Shown: in pieces, positions 13,760-27,751 of the stretch
How the letters are laid out: each line of letters starts with the position of its first letter
Numbering within the stretch: the stretch's first letter is position 1
Origin: Octopus vulgaris
Lineage: Eukaryota
NCBI GenBank assembly: GCA_951406725.2
Contig: OX597822.1
Span: 107,880,001-107,944,000, forward strand
Reading direction: 5' to 3'
DNA length: 64,000 nt
Notes under the pieces: model-generated
What the model was told of the DNA's origin: nothing
The model's input: only the letters and a program-made list of their open reading frames with translations
Databases searched by the model: none
Translations under genes and position numbers: made by a program

Positions 13760-14286
13760 ATGCTGATATTTTATTTCATAAATACATCAGTTATTTTCTC
13801 TTCTGATATGTATTGTAATACACCACGAGTTAGTTTATGAACTAGAAATTTTACCTAGGTTCATGTACAAAGATGCACTGCTCTAAGTCTCCTATTTGGG
13901 AAGCAAACCTAACTACAAAAGCAAAAACAAACACTGCATACATACATAATACATACATACCGCATACACACACATCAATGTATGTCCTTGTTTTCGTATA
14001 CATTGGTGCTTTGTTCCAAGGAATCTAGTGCTCGTAGCTTAGTATTCCCTTGGGGCTGGCCAGATTGGAGCAATGTTTAGTATAACCAGCTGAAATTGCA
14101 AAGAAAATCTGAAACTCGACTGAAGAAAGAAAACTTCGAAAGACACGTCCGTGTTTTTTCTTCTCCCTTTTTTTTTGCATCATATGTCTGGATATTTGTT
14201 GTCCCTTTTTTGTATCATCTAGCTGTCTGGATATTTTGCGTTCTCGTCCTATTTTTATTCCTTTATATACATACACACATAACTAA

Positions 14287-14341
<55 letters not shown>

Positions 14342-14986
14342 GTGTATATGTACACACACAGACACACACATGTATGCATGTATGAGTGTATATATGTATG
14401 TATAGTTATAGGCTTGTTTACGTATGCTATGAATAGATATTGCAGTATATTAATGTGTTATCAGACAGATTTCAAATCTGCTCATAATTTAATCTACTTC
14501 TATAATAATTGCTTCAGTAAGAGCACTTGTGTTCTATACTTTCAGATATATGTAGCTTCATATTGCACTATAATTTTGTTTTGTGTAACTTAACACCACC
14601 TTATTAAAGGAAATCTAAATAATTTCTCAAATATATTCGAACACTTCTTTTTGACACGAATACAAATAATTTGCTTTTACAACGCCCTTATGTGTTCCCT
14701 CCCGCCCCATGAATTATTCGAAACAAGCTCGTTATTTTGTCTAAAGATATTTGATGTGGAAACTTTGAGCATCATTTCATATCTCTCGAAAATTATAGAG
14801 ACATAATTATTTGGAAAATATGAAAAATAGCTATGTTCATTTTGGAATCTTTATACGTAGATATTATATCGAAATAGATATGCGCACACATACATACATA
14901 CATACATACAACAATGCGCACATGCATGCACACGCATATAAATATTTATATATGTATATATGTGTATATATATATATGTGTGTGTG

Positions 14987-15051
<65 letters not shown>

Positions 15052-15191
15052 GATTGTCTTTAACAACATCACTAATACTTTTGTCTATACGCGTATGAAA
15101 GTTTTGTTTCAAGCTAACTTTTAGACTAAGTATGCATGTGCACACATAGGTATGATTCTCTCTTTGTGTGTGTTTGTGCGCGTTTGTGTAT

Positions 15192-15239
<48 letters not shown>

Positions 15240-15456
15240 CATTTGTCCGTCTGTTTAATTTGGCGCCGCTGCTGTTTAGCTTGCAAGTATACATAACTTA
15301 TATTGACAGCTTCTGCCTGGTCAACCCTCTTTTGCACATTGATACATCAATACGCTCAGAAACACAGCACTGACGACTACACGTACAAGCACAGTTACGC
15401 ATAGGTACATACACATACAAATATACATATACATACATACATACATATATATATAA

Positions 15457-15650
<194 letters not shown>

Positions 15651-15651
15651 G

Positions 15652-15709
<58 letters not shown>

Positions 15710-16159
15710 GGTGTGTTTATATACAGACTCGTTTAACTATATCTAGGCACATTTTCTATGTTACTTTTTCCGACCATACACTTCTCGTGTCTGAAACAAA
15801 GACGATAGCTGTACATATATTACTGTACCTTGTTACGGTGAAGTGATGATAAGAGCGTTTATGTTTGTGTATCGGTGAAAGTCAATGTTTCCTTTGGGCA
15901 AATATATATTTTACAAGTGTCTATTTCTGCAAGAGCATATCATTAAAGTTAAGCTGTTAAGATAGACCTAACTTTCTCAAAGTTTACTTAGAAGTCGCAT
16001 CAAACTTTTATGCTACTTTCACTATTTACTTGTTCGTAGTTATATGGTAACATAAACAATATTTCTAACTTTGTCAACAAAACTCTTACCATCATCCGTT
16101 TAAACTTTTCTTATTAGTTTGTAAAGTTTTAGATCTGTAACAAGAGATGTATATACTGT

Positions 16160-16997
16160 TTCCAAATATTGGCACAAGGCCAGCAATATTTTCGTGAGTG
16201 AGTACTTAATTTATCGACCCCGAAAGGTAAAGTCGATCTCGACAGGAAAGGACTACTGGATTAAATTGACACCAGTGTTTAACAAATACTTCTTTTATCG
16301 ATCCCGAAAGGATGAAAGACAAAGTCGATCCCGGCGGAGTTTGAACTCAGTACGTAATGACGGACGAAATGTCTCTAAACATTTTAAACCGCGTACTAGC
16401 ATTTCTTATTTTTTTATTTCTATATTGCCCAAGGGGCTAAACATAGAGGAGACAAACAAGGACAGACAAGGAGTTTAAGTCGATTACTTCGAATCCAGTG
16501 CGTAACTGGTAATTAATTTATCGATCACGAAAGGATGAAAGGCAAAGACGACCTCGGCGGAATTTTAACTCAGAGCGTAACGGCAGACATAATACCTACT
16601 TCTTTGCTACCCACAAGGGGCAAACAAGGACAGACAAACGGATGAAGTCGATTATATCGACCCCAGTGAGTAACTGGTCCTTAATTTATCGACCCCGAAA
16701 GGATGAAAGGCAAAGCCGACCTCGGCGGAATTTGAACTCAGAACGTAGCGGCAGACGAAATACCTATTTCTTTATTACCCACAAGGGGCTAAACATAGAG
16801 GGGACAAACAAGGACAGACATAGGTATTAAGTCAATTACATCGACCCCAGTGCATAACTGGTACTTAATTTATCGACCCCGAAAGGATGAAAGGCAAAGT
16901 CGACCTCGGCGGAATTTGAACTCAGAACGTAGCGGCAGACGAAATACCGCTAAGTATTTTGCCCGACGTGCTACCGTTTCTGCCAGCTCGCCGCCTT
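16160..16997 (-). mobile_element. Tandem array of SINE family B (tRNA head, Meta-domain-like core)
   Basis: Four to five copies of ttatcgaccccgaaaggatgaaaggcaaagtcgacctcggcggaatttgaactcag, complete head only at the right end. Confidence 0.9.
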
Positions 16998-17032
16998 AAG
17001 ATCTGTATATGTTTTGAAGCATATTTTAAGGC

Positions 17033-17400
17033 GAGGTCATCCAAAAGTTTCGTAATTTTCTTATACTACTATACATAAATTTGTTTTGGTATGTTTGTTA
17101 CTTAGTCCTTAGTATGTCCAGGTGGGCAGTAATTATCACGAAATTCATTCCAAATCTGAACGCGATGTTTTTCTCTGGTTGTGAGTCTCATAGAAGGTTC
17201 GTCACTATTGACATTTTTCCGCCATCTTGGAAGCATCTGAACCACTCCTCCACTTGTGTGCGGCTCATACACTCCTTCCCATACACTCTCTGGAACGTTG
17301 CGTAGGCCTCTCAATAGTTGTCACCATGACAACTTTCTCTGCCATGGTGAGTATGACGATCACAATGCTATAAACAGTGGGAGTGAGCTAGAACGTTAAA
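17033..17400 (-). mobile_element. Mariner transposon remnant (N-terminal HTH)
   Basis: Minus frame EAYATFQRVYGKECMSRTQVEEWFRCFQDGGK; TIR-like cgaggtcatccaaaagttt at left. Confidence 0.75.
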
Positions 17401-18084
17401 ACTCTGTGGTGCACATGCACAACAGCGTTCAAATCTATCTATGCCAAGCATACATACTTTGCGTGCTTTAGCTTCCTTACGATGACAGCAGTCCTGATAA
17501 TTATTCATCTGGCCTCGTATTTTCTGCAAAATACCAAAATGCTCGGCGCTTATAAAGTTTGTTATGTTCCCGTCGTCGGACATACAAACACACACAAACG
17601 CACACACACATGCACACAGGCTCATACACACACACGTGTGGCTCTCCGTATGCATTGTGTTTGTGACAATGGAGATGTGCTCCGCTTCAGACAATCTTCC
17701 AACTATCCAACGATCTCTGCGAGTAGGTTGCTCGTACCAATATATCGCAGGTATATTCGGTATATTCATCGAAATCTTAGGTCAATTATCGATCGATACA
17801 CTACGTGGTTTAGAAATCTACTACAGCTAATACAGAATTCCCTAAGAAAGGATACTTGCATCAGTATCAAATCTCATATCATTAATTACAATATGAGATT
17901 TGTTGCCTATATCTTTCATCGTGATAAATTCTTGCTTTCGACGCATATATTTCATCGGTAATTAGTTCTCGGTAACCAAGAGAGGTGAGTAATCTTGCTT
18001 TTAGCCTTTAAAAACACTACCAGTTGAGACTATCTAGCAAGGAAGAAACATGAAAACCAATATTCTCTATTCTGATATATGTTT

Positions 18085-18262
18085 CACTCACTGGAGCGCG
18101 TCCATCATGGAATACCGCTTTAAGTAATTTCAGTAGCAGAAATTGAGCCTGAGACTTATAGTTTGTTGGCCTAGTACTTATTCGTTCGGTCTCTTTTGCC
18201 GAACTACTAAGTTACAGGGACGTAAACACGCCAGCATTGGTTGTCAAGCGATGGTGGTGGGG
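18085..18262 (-). mobile_element. SINE family A, diverged 3' half
   Basis: gtacttattc...ggtctcttttgccgaac...taaacacgccagcattggttgtcaagcg matches the 2656-3070 copy. Confidence 0.75.
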
Positions 18263-18269
18263 AAAAATG

Positions 18270-18326
<57 letters not shown>

Positions 18327-18373
18327 CATATCTATTGTATATATATACAAGCATATATATAATATATATATTA

Positions 18374-18495
<122 letters not shown>

Positions 18496-18699
18496 TATAT
18501 AAATACTGTGTAGAATGTGTACACAACAACACTTTCCTTGGATAATGGAATTGCAACTGCAAGATCCTATATATGTTTTTTTCTTTTATTTTTCTCTTGT
18601 TATTCTCTTATTTCGCTTTATACATCTTATATCCATCCTTTTCCAAAACAAATCCTTATATTGAACTCTGCTATTTCCCTCTAGTTAACTCTCACATAT

Positions 18700-18749
18700 C
18701 GTTTCTGGTGAAGTTATATTCTTAATAGCCCAGAAACAGCTGTAAGATG
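18700..18749 (+). ncRNA. Degenerate minimal type I hammerhead ribozyme in PLE-type repeat (~18530-18830)
   Basis: cgttt-CTGGTGA-agttatattcttaatagccca-GAAAC-AGCT-GTA-agatg; stem I with wobble pairs, tatt/aata stem II remnant, palindromic stem III ACAGCTGT. Confidence 0.6.
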
Positions 18750-19071
18750 AACTTTCCCTTTATAAATGTCCAATAAATTCCACGCAGCCTTGGTTTTCTT
18801 GTCTCATTTAACATATACAGGTTTACACAAGAACAGCATTAGACTCCTCACTCGTATTCTAAGGTGGCACTTACATAGCCTTACCTGCCAACTTGATATA
18901 TATATATATATATATATAATCATATAATCAGGAAGAACATCTTGCAACGTCAAATTTCCGGTTTCGGTCTGAAATACACACACACACGCACACACACACA
19001 CACACATACACACATACTCACACACACACACACATATATATATGTATATATATACACACATATATACATAC

Positions 19072-19118
<47 letters not shown>

Positions 19119-19145
19119 TACATATATATATATATATATATACAT

Positions 19146-19684
19146 ATACTTTGATACTTTGATAGGTTTCGGCCATTATTGGCCCAGGCCATGTCTAACT
19201 TAATAGCACCACCTGGTGAAGTCTTTCAAGTCAGAATTTGGGCACTATGGCCCACTCAAGTAGAGAGTTATTGTCTACAGAGACATATCCGGGTGTAGGG
19301 GGTTTATCCGGGATTTCTTGAAGGAATCTGTCCAAAGACTTCTTGAATCCTATATGGTCTGTTTCTGTTTTAATGTGTTTTGGTGTAATGTTAAAGAGAG
19401 AGCGGGGCCAATTGAGGTGAAATTGTGCCGTATTGTTGTTATGAGATGAAAGTGAGATTTTTGTTTTGGGCGGATGGCACGGGGCCCAAGCCTTGGATGT
19501 ATCTTAAAGGTGATGCCAACATCATTTGGGCAATGCTGATGGAATATTTTCCACATCATGCAGATGATGTAGCGCTCACGACGACGTTGGAGAGAATAAA
19601 GTTTTAGCTTTTCTAGTCGACCCCAATAGTCGAGGCCTGTCATGCTATCTTTTTTGTGATTGCCCTTTGAGGTGCTTCAACTTT
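19146..19684 (-). mobile_element. CR1-like LINE 3' fragment (family B)
   Basis: ORF LDYWGRLEKLKLYSLQRRRERYIICMMWKI; tail ggtggtgct...catggcctgggccaataatggccgaaac(tatcaaag)2. Confidence 0.88.
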
Positions 19685-19788
19685 TATGATATATACATTA
19701 TATATTTACCGAAGCATATATAAATATATGTATATCATACATATATACATACACATATTTATATATACATACACACATACATACATAT

Positions 19789-19864
<76 letters not shown>

Positions 19865-19866
<2 letters not shown>

Positions 19867-20240
19867 CTTCAAGCTTACAGAAGACGAAGATAGGTATAAG
19901 AACAAAAAGCAGGCGTGTTAGTTTAACGCTCGGGATGAATGGAAATGTCCTTGCGCAAGATACGAGGTCCTTGATGCAGGTAGTTGTCTTGGAATAGTTA
20001 AATAAGTCTAGGGTCATGCAGATAATCAAAGTTCGGCTACAACTGGAGTACAAGGGAAAATACTTAATGGAAAGCCGATTGAAAATTAACTGAAAGTGAA
20101 TTTAAAGAGATGGAGAGGAGAAACTTTGCATATGAAGGTGATATTGAATTTACTAGGAACAATAGCGTGTGTCCTTGAAAGTATGAATTGTGCCAACGAT
20201 AAAATCCTTTTTATTTTATGTTCAATATTTCCACTAAATG
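19865..20240 (-). mobile_element. PLE-type repeat fragment next to (TA)n
   Basis: agcaggcgtgttagtttaacgctcggga matches 37151-37177 of the hammerhead-bearing repeat. Confidence 0.5.
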
Positions 20241-21067
20241 AAGTACTTTGCTATGCTTAGAGAAAAATGAGTATAACACCAGGGAATTCAAGGCAGCCTA
20301 ACTCGTAGTTGATTTTAGATATATAATTGCATGCATATTTTGAATGTTGAAAGTATAAACTCTTATTGCACTATAGAAACGGAACAAATCATTTCGATAA
20401 TTTGTCAACATTTACGTTGCTTTACGGTAATTACGTGACAAAAATAATGGTCCAAAACGCAATTATGCCATCGATATTAAAGAACGGAGGCAAGCTATTA
20501 ATTTACTAGTTCGTAATTAATTGCTAAAGAAATTGTGTTCACAATAAACGTAGCTACTTATATGTTGGCCAATCATGCCCGAAGCGATAAAATTCAAAAG
20601 AAAATATCAATATGCAACGAAAGCTCATATTTTCTTAAGTATTTAATGCTTCACCGTGACTTGCATTTAAAATTCAAGCAGAATTTATGAATATTATATT
20701 GCAATTATGTAGTGCACTGTGTATTTTATTTGCTATATTTAACAAGAGTTTAATGTTTATAAAACAAAAAAAAATATATGCATTAATATATGCTATTTAT
20801 GTGTTTGAAAAGCTCGGGTAATTAATTTAATAACCATAACCTTTCCTAGAATTTGATAAAGAGTATTTACATCAATAAAAAGGTGAGATGCTACAACATC
20901 AAATCAACGACAAGTATTTCGGAACAGGTATAAAGACACTTAATGAGATATTTTTGACGACAGAACAGTTTCACATAAACCTATTGTAATCTACTCGTGA
21001 TCTCTCTCTCTATATCAATCTATCTATCTATCCATCTACCTACCTACCTACCTACCTACCTACCTAC

Positions 21068-21139
<72 letters not shown>

Positions 21140-21140
21140 A

Positions 21141-21200
<60 letters not shown>

Positions 21201-21201
<1 letters not shown>

Positions 21202-24200
21202 GATGGACGGACTGTTGTTAAATCGGCTGGATGTACGTTGCCTATTTTGTGGTTAAAAATGTTTTTATTGTTAAATATTTTCTGTGCAAAACTTGTCTAA
21301 CAACTTACAATTTCAAGTTTTAGGAACATTTCCATAGGAAATTCACCCTTTCTGGGCGAAATTTCCAAAATTTTCAAACGTTTGATGTAGATTTTCCTAG
21401 ACTCCCGCTACCACAAGTGAATATTTTACACACAGACACACACACACTGAGTAAAAGATACAAAACAAAAATTTAAAAACAAGTACAAATATCAATGTTA
21501 GTGCTGCTGATGCCAATACCAACTGCACCCCCAACAACAACAAAAATTAAAATATTATTGCAAAGACGTCCACCATGACCTCTACCAATGACATTGCCGC
21601 CAACACCAACAATCCTATTACAACTTCTGCTGCTACAAGTATCACCTATGCTACCACCACTACCACCAGCACCACTAGGGGCAACAACAACAAAAGAAAT
21701 TTCGCTGAGGCTTCAAAGGAAAAGACTCCATTGTTACATTCACTGCCCGAGAAATAAATGGAACAAAATCACTTCTTAGTAAAGAAAGATCCATTTTACA
21801 TATACGCATACATAAAAACATAAGTGAACACACACAAATGAGAACAATTATATACAAAGTCATAAGCACGAAAACAAGAACACCAGAACAAGCACCCCAT
21901 CAGACAATTGAAAAATGTCTTCACCCTGTATGGGCACAGAAAGAATATGTGAACTGGTAGAACAAATAAGCTATAGATCATGTTCTTTTTTAAACTGAAT
22001 AACAAGTGAAGTGGTTCTCAACATTAAGTCTCCACACAGAGGAGCTTGTGATGATACCGACATATCTCGGCCAACGAGTGACAAAAGTCACAATTAAAAA
22101 TGTGCCTCCAGAAATAGAGACAGAATAGCTAATACCTGCCATCTGTTTCGAAATGGAGGACAGCAAGATTTTAGAAATTGCTGTATTAAAACAGCGAAAT
22201 TGGATGGTTAAAGCGATGAAGATCCAGTTGCAAATCGATCAGGAGTCGATCAACATTATTCTAAATTCAGTTGAGCTAACAGCCAGACAGAAACTGTATA
22301 TAGTAATAGAAGGCAGGAAGCCACAGCACAATCACTTATACAAACATACATAGACGCTTGCAATATGCACTTACCCCTTCCGAATCCTCAGAAATTTCGT
22401 CGGAAGACGACAGCCAAGACGAATGACAAATAGCCAGATTAGGAAGGAGGAAGAGGAGCAAGAAAAGATCAAACCGAACGCAAAAAAGCAAGGAGATACA
22501 CAACCCCAGAAAACATGTCCAACACTAGTACAAACAACACCAACACCAAAACCACAAAACATATGCATTAACGATGCTCACTGCCATCAACACGAGAAAT
22601 ACGGAGTTGATGGAATACATTAACTCAAAAAGAAACCTGATACAAGATGACATAAAAACAAGCAACCACCCAAACACAACACCACCAGAACACATAAAAT
22701 GTTGCTCGTCACGCCGACCTTGCACCACACACTAAAATCCCTCTACCCGAATGCGGTAGGGGGATGTCAAAATACTTCTCAAAAAAACTATGCAGCAACC
22801 TCCTTGATGAAAAATTAAAGGAGTTGACAAAAATTGTGAACGGTAAATAACTCTCTGTTCCTTTCATTTGTGTTTCAAAACACACCTCATTACGATCATG
22901 AAGAAGATTGGTTGTGTGAATGCGCGTGGTGTGAGGTCCCGTTGGAAAAATGGGTACCTCTTGAATGACATAAAGTCACACAAGTTAGAAATGATAACCA
23001 CAAGTGAGACCAGACTCCATAATCCACGGGCTCTAAAGTCCATGTTTGGAGGACAGCTCGACATTGAATTTTCTCCCTGTCTGCCGGGAATGGGCGGTAG
23101 TGTCACGGTGGTACTTTTACGCAAGAGTCCGGATCTCGAAGTAAAGACAATTTTCGTAGACCCATTAGAAGCGACATCGTGGATGTCGACGGCAGCAATG
23201 GGTGCACTTTTCGACTCATATCAGGTCGGCCGGATTTCTATCGACCTCTAGAAGTATTCCTAGGAACATCTGACGAGGAATATCTGACCCTCCTTTTAAG
23301 GACATCTTTCGGGCCGGGACCAATGGACAACCGGCAATGCTATCAAGAAGCATTGCCCGTTGGGGTTAAGCTCTAAAGGCACAGTTCGAGACACACCGGA
23401 CCGACTTGCACCGTTCTGCACTCACTCGTGCAGTGTTCAACCATTTCAGACCTGTGGGCTTATGCGGAACGGCTGCTGTCAGCGTGTGGGACGAGTCTGC
23501 TTGTCGCCTGAGTCTTTTGTGAAAATTTCTCCGCCACCTTCCCTAAAACCGTAAGGCAAAGCAGTCTTCATCGTACTGGTATCCATAGTGAAAGACTGTG
23601 TGTGGTGGGCTCAAGCGGAAGTTTTAGAGACAAACACTTTCCTCTCTAGCAAATCGAGATTAGAGAGGTAAGTTTTGTTGAGTGAAAGTTTCAAGAAAAG
23701 GGGGGTAAATGTACCAAAGATTGTATGCATGGATGACGAAACCACTTTGAGCATGTCCCTGTAGATCGAAAGAGAGGAAGAGGGAGGGAGCACTTTGCTC
23801 TCATGTGTTTTTCCTTCCGTGCTTGAGGTTCCCGTAGCCTTTTCTGTATGCATATCTTTCATGGGTAAACCTAATTTGCTTTTTATATTTATGATATTTT
23901 CTGTGATATAACATGCTTTTTGTTCGGTATTCTATTTTTCTCACATTTCTTTTCGAAAAGAAAATCTCTACATTATATTTTGTCCCATCTGTGTTCGGCC
24001 CTGTCTGGCTAATAGAGAAACTTATGTATGTATGCATGTATGTATGTATGTATGTATGTATGTATGTATGTATGTATGTATGTATGTATGTATCTATCTA
24101 TCTATCTTTTTAAAACAGAGAGTTACTTACTTTTCCGTAGGGTATTCTTTCCACGGAAAAACCTTATCTGTTTCCCCCTTTACACTTTACAACATGGCAT

Positions 24201-24342
24201 TTCTGTGATACACGATCCATATTGATATTTTTTTACCATCCATTTTGATCGAAAACCTAACCACCTTTTTATCCCCTAAATGAAAAGCTCTACTTTATAA
24301 TATGTCCCCTCTGTGTTCAGTCCTGTGTGGCTAATAAAGAAA
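21201..24342 (+). mobile_element. Tx1/L1-clade LINE, internally deleted, embedded in (TATC)n
   Basis: ORF1-like remnant KVTIKNVPPEIETE, APE ORF 22868..23251, C-terminal remnant QEALPVGVKL...PTC, 3' end ...aataaagaaa then (TATC)n; (TATC)n also at 21020-21200. 5' boundary uncertain. Confidence 0.72.
22868..23251 (+). pseudogene. LINE ORF2 N-terminal apurinic-like endonuclease domain (truncated)
   Basis: KIGCVNARGV...ITTSETRL...GGSVTVVLLRKS matches APE motifs (NxRG, QET, GVAILxxK). Confidence 0.82.
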
Positions 24343-24344
24343 CA

Positions 24345-24443
<99 letters not shown>

Positions 24444-24953
24444 TTATCAATCTATCTATCTATCTAGCCTTCTAGCTAGATATCTAGCTATGTATCTATT
24501 TAGGCCTCTTGTTTTTGCTATCGTACTTCTTCACTCACTGCACAACATAATATAATAAACTGTAAAACGATTAGCTTTGTAATCAATTATATTCAGCAAT
24601 GTTTCAAACAAACAAAATAGGAATAAATTCAGAATAGAATGCGAAAGTTTTTCAGGAATTAACTATAACAACTAAATGAAAATAATGAATTAGAATCATT
24701 TGAACGTTAACGATGGAGACATGTGATTGGTTTCGTTGTGAATATTTAAAGATATATCCTTCTAAAGTGTAAGCGTCGGATTTTGCAAAGACATACATAT
24801 GGAAAAGAATAAAGATAAAAATCAACAATCGCTACACTTAGCTTTAGAGGACTGGCATAGTTGATTTTGTGTAAACAAAACCACAAAACGACATTTATCT
24901 CCAAATAATATTATCCACTACAGGCAGAATATACTGTTATATACATACATACA

Positions 24954-25045
<92 letters not shown>

Positions 25046-25049
<4 letters not shown>

Positions 25050-25260
25050 AAAAGTAAAAAATATATATACAAACTGGGACAAGAACGTGAAACACCTAGA
25101 AGGCGACACAAGCAAGATTAATCAGCCGAAATTGCGAAGATGATCCGGTTCTTGTCTCATGACTGAGGGCTTCGAATGTCCCGTCCTGCGGTTCTTGTGT
25201 CGTCTTCTAGATGTTTCACGTTCTTGTCCCAGTTTGTATATATATTTTTTACTTTTTACA
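25046..25260. repeat. Inverted repeat (67-bp arms, 2 mismatches) in (TA)n, probable PLE-derived insertion
   Basis: 25046-25112 is the reverse complement of 25194-25260; spacer cagccgaaattgcgaag...gactgagggcttcgaa resembles 14088-14140. Confidence 0.85.
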
Positions 25261-25310
25261 TATATAATGGCGGCTTCGTATCCACACCTATGTCCTTATA
25301 CGTAAGTATA

Positions 25311-25403
<93 letters not shown>

Positions 25404-25786
25404 TATGTGTGTGTGTGTATGTATGTATTTGTATATGTATATATATATATATATGTATGCATATACGTATGTATGTATATATGTACGCCTACATATATCT
25501 AACTCTGTACCAGTCTATCTATTACACACACACATATGGTTCCTTTCCCCCACGTAAACCGGGGAACAGAAAATCAAGCTGAAAAAAAAACAAAGCTAAT
25601 AATAGCATTAATTGCGGCCGCATCCAGCGATGTAACAACAACTGCAGTGACACTAGAAAGAAAATTTCTTTTTTAGCCATGTTGAATCTGGCGAAATTTA
25701 TCCAGAGAAGTATCCAACCACTACTTCCAAGCCAAGGCAAAAAAGACCCTTGACATTTCTACTGAGTAGTAGCAATAATGAAAACA

Positions 25787-25822
<36 letters not shown>

Positions 25823-25854
25823 TTGGGTGTGTGTGTGTGTGTGTGTGGATATTC

Positions 25855-25910
<56 letters not shown>

Positions 25911-25914
<4 letters not shown>

Positions 25915-26080
25915 TGGCGTATATTTGCCATTTGAATATGGCTAACCCCTAAGGGTGGATGCTACTGTAGTTTGTAGCCCCTGGAAGACACCTCCTCCAG
26001 CTGGCTATAGACACACTTTCTGTGCCCTATCAGTATTTGTGAAGGGAAGCCATCCTTCCCGTCTTCAACTCATGATACAC
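25911..26080 (+). mobile_element. Short interspersed repeat in (TA)n
   Basis: atcgtggcgtatatttgccatttgaatatggctaacccctaagggtggatgctactgtagtttgta recurs at 33452-33517, also within (TA)n. Confidence 0.7.
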
Positions 26081-26114
26081 ACACGGACATATATATATAT
26101 ATGTACATTTATAA

Positions 26115-27175
26115 ATGGAGTCTCACAAGATAATTTGCTGGGTCCACTTCTTTTTGTTGTCTATATCAATGACATTGCAGATTCCATTGAACATAACAGT
26201 ATAGAAATCTTTGCAGATGACTCAAAGCTCTAGAAGGTCATTAAGGAAGCGTATGATCGAACAATGTTTCAATCGGTCCTATGCGCAGTAACCCAGTTCG
26301 CACAAAAAAACCCAACAAAAAACAATATGCAGTTGAACGAAGAAAAATTTGAACTAAATCCACTTTGGAAGAGAGGACACACTCAAACAACCATATGCAC
26401 TACCGTCACGAGACCTACTTGAACCGTCGAATAATATTAGAGACTTATGCGTAACATAAGCCGATAGCAAACTTATTTAGAGTGTGCACATCAACAAAAG
26501 AGTTGATGTTTCTCTCAGAATGTGCTCGGGGCTCCTCAGAATTTTCCAATCTAAGGATCATGAAACCATCATCTTTTCCACATTCGCTAGGCCCCAATAC
26601 GAAACTGCTGCCCATTGTGGTACCCCTACAAAAAACAAGTCATAATGAGGATCAAATCGCCAGAAAGATCAATCAGAAAAAAAGAAATAATAAATGTCAA
26701 GATGGGACTTGGTTATTGGGCTCGACTTAAACAGCTGAAGCTCTATATTCTGCGATGCCGCCGAGCGATACATTATTTGCACCGTGAGGAAAATATTGCA
26801 CCAATATTATCCAAACGATATTGGTATTATGTTCAGAATTCACCCAAGACTGGGACCCCGTGCAATGCGTCCCTTTAAAGGTCGAGATGACATAAGAACA
26901 TTGCGACACAATTTCTTCACTGTAAATGGTCCTGCTCTTTTCAATGTTATCCCGAAAGAAATTAAAGTAGAAAAAGGCCCCACAACTTTTAAACGGCACC
27001 TGAAGAAATTCTTCCAGGAAATTCCGGATAAACCATCTACACCTGAATACGTCTCAACCACTCTCGGCTTGAGTGGTCCGTGGTGTCGCGAAATAATTAA
27101 CTAAAAGACTCTTCCATGTGTTGCTATTAAGTTAGTCATGGCATGGACCGATAATGGCCAAAACAAAACTGAGTT
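26115..27175 (+). mobile_element. CR1-like LINE (family B), RT to 3' end, decayed
   Basis: GVSQDNLLGPLLFVVYINDI...IFADDSKL; YWARLKQLKLY; YPNDIGIMFRIHPRLGPRA shared with 19350 ORF. Confidence 0.88.
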
Positions 27176-27232
27176 ATCTGAGTTACACACACATACACAC
27201 ACACACACACACATATACATATATATATATAT

Positions 27233-27266
27233 ATCAGTGGAATTTGAACTCAGAACGTAAAGACAG

Positions 27267-27326
<60 letters not shown>

Positions 27327-27378
27327 GTCTTTACGTTCTGAGATCAAATTCCACTGAGAACTCAGAACGTAAAGACAG

Positions 27379-27430
<52 letters not shown>

Positions 27431-27575
27431 TTACGTTCTGAGATCAAATTCCACTGAGATCAACTTTGCCTTTCATCCTTTCAAAATCGATAAATTAAAT
27501 ACTAGTTGTGTACTTAGCTCGATCTATTAGACTGGCCCCTCTCTCCAAAATTTCGGTCCTTGTGCCTAGAGTACC
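27233..27575. mobile_element. SINE family B fragments in alternating orientation around (TA)n
   Basis: gaactcagaacgtaaagac / (TA)n / ctttacgttctgagatcaaattccactgaga twice, then SINE core and tail. Confidence 0.8.
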
Positions 27576-27589
27576 AAAGCTCCCCCTCA

Positions 27590-27621
<32 letters not shown>

Positions 27622-27712
27622 TTATCTATCTATCTATCGATCGATCGATCGATCTATCTATCTATCTGACTATATGTATGTATGTATGTATGTATGTGTG
27701 TATGTATGTATG

Positions 27713-27743
<31 letters not shown>

Positions 27744-27751
27744 GTATGTAA

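Noticed and set aside
14116-14152. CTGAAGA...CGAAA hammerhead candidate
   Set aside because: No NUH site with matching stem I, and the core is not kept in the homologue at 25160
17482-17961. 159-aa ORF
   Set aside because: Contains CA-repeat translation and no recognisable domain
25158-25190. SECIS-like AUGA hairpin
   Set aside because: No 3' GA of the quartet and no linked UGA-containing ORF
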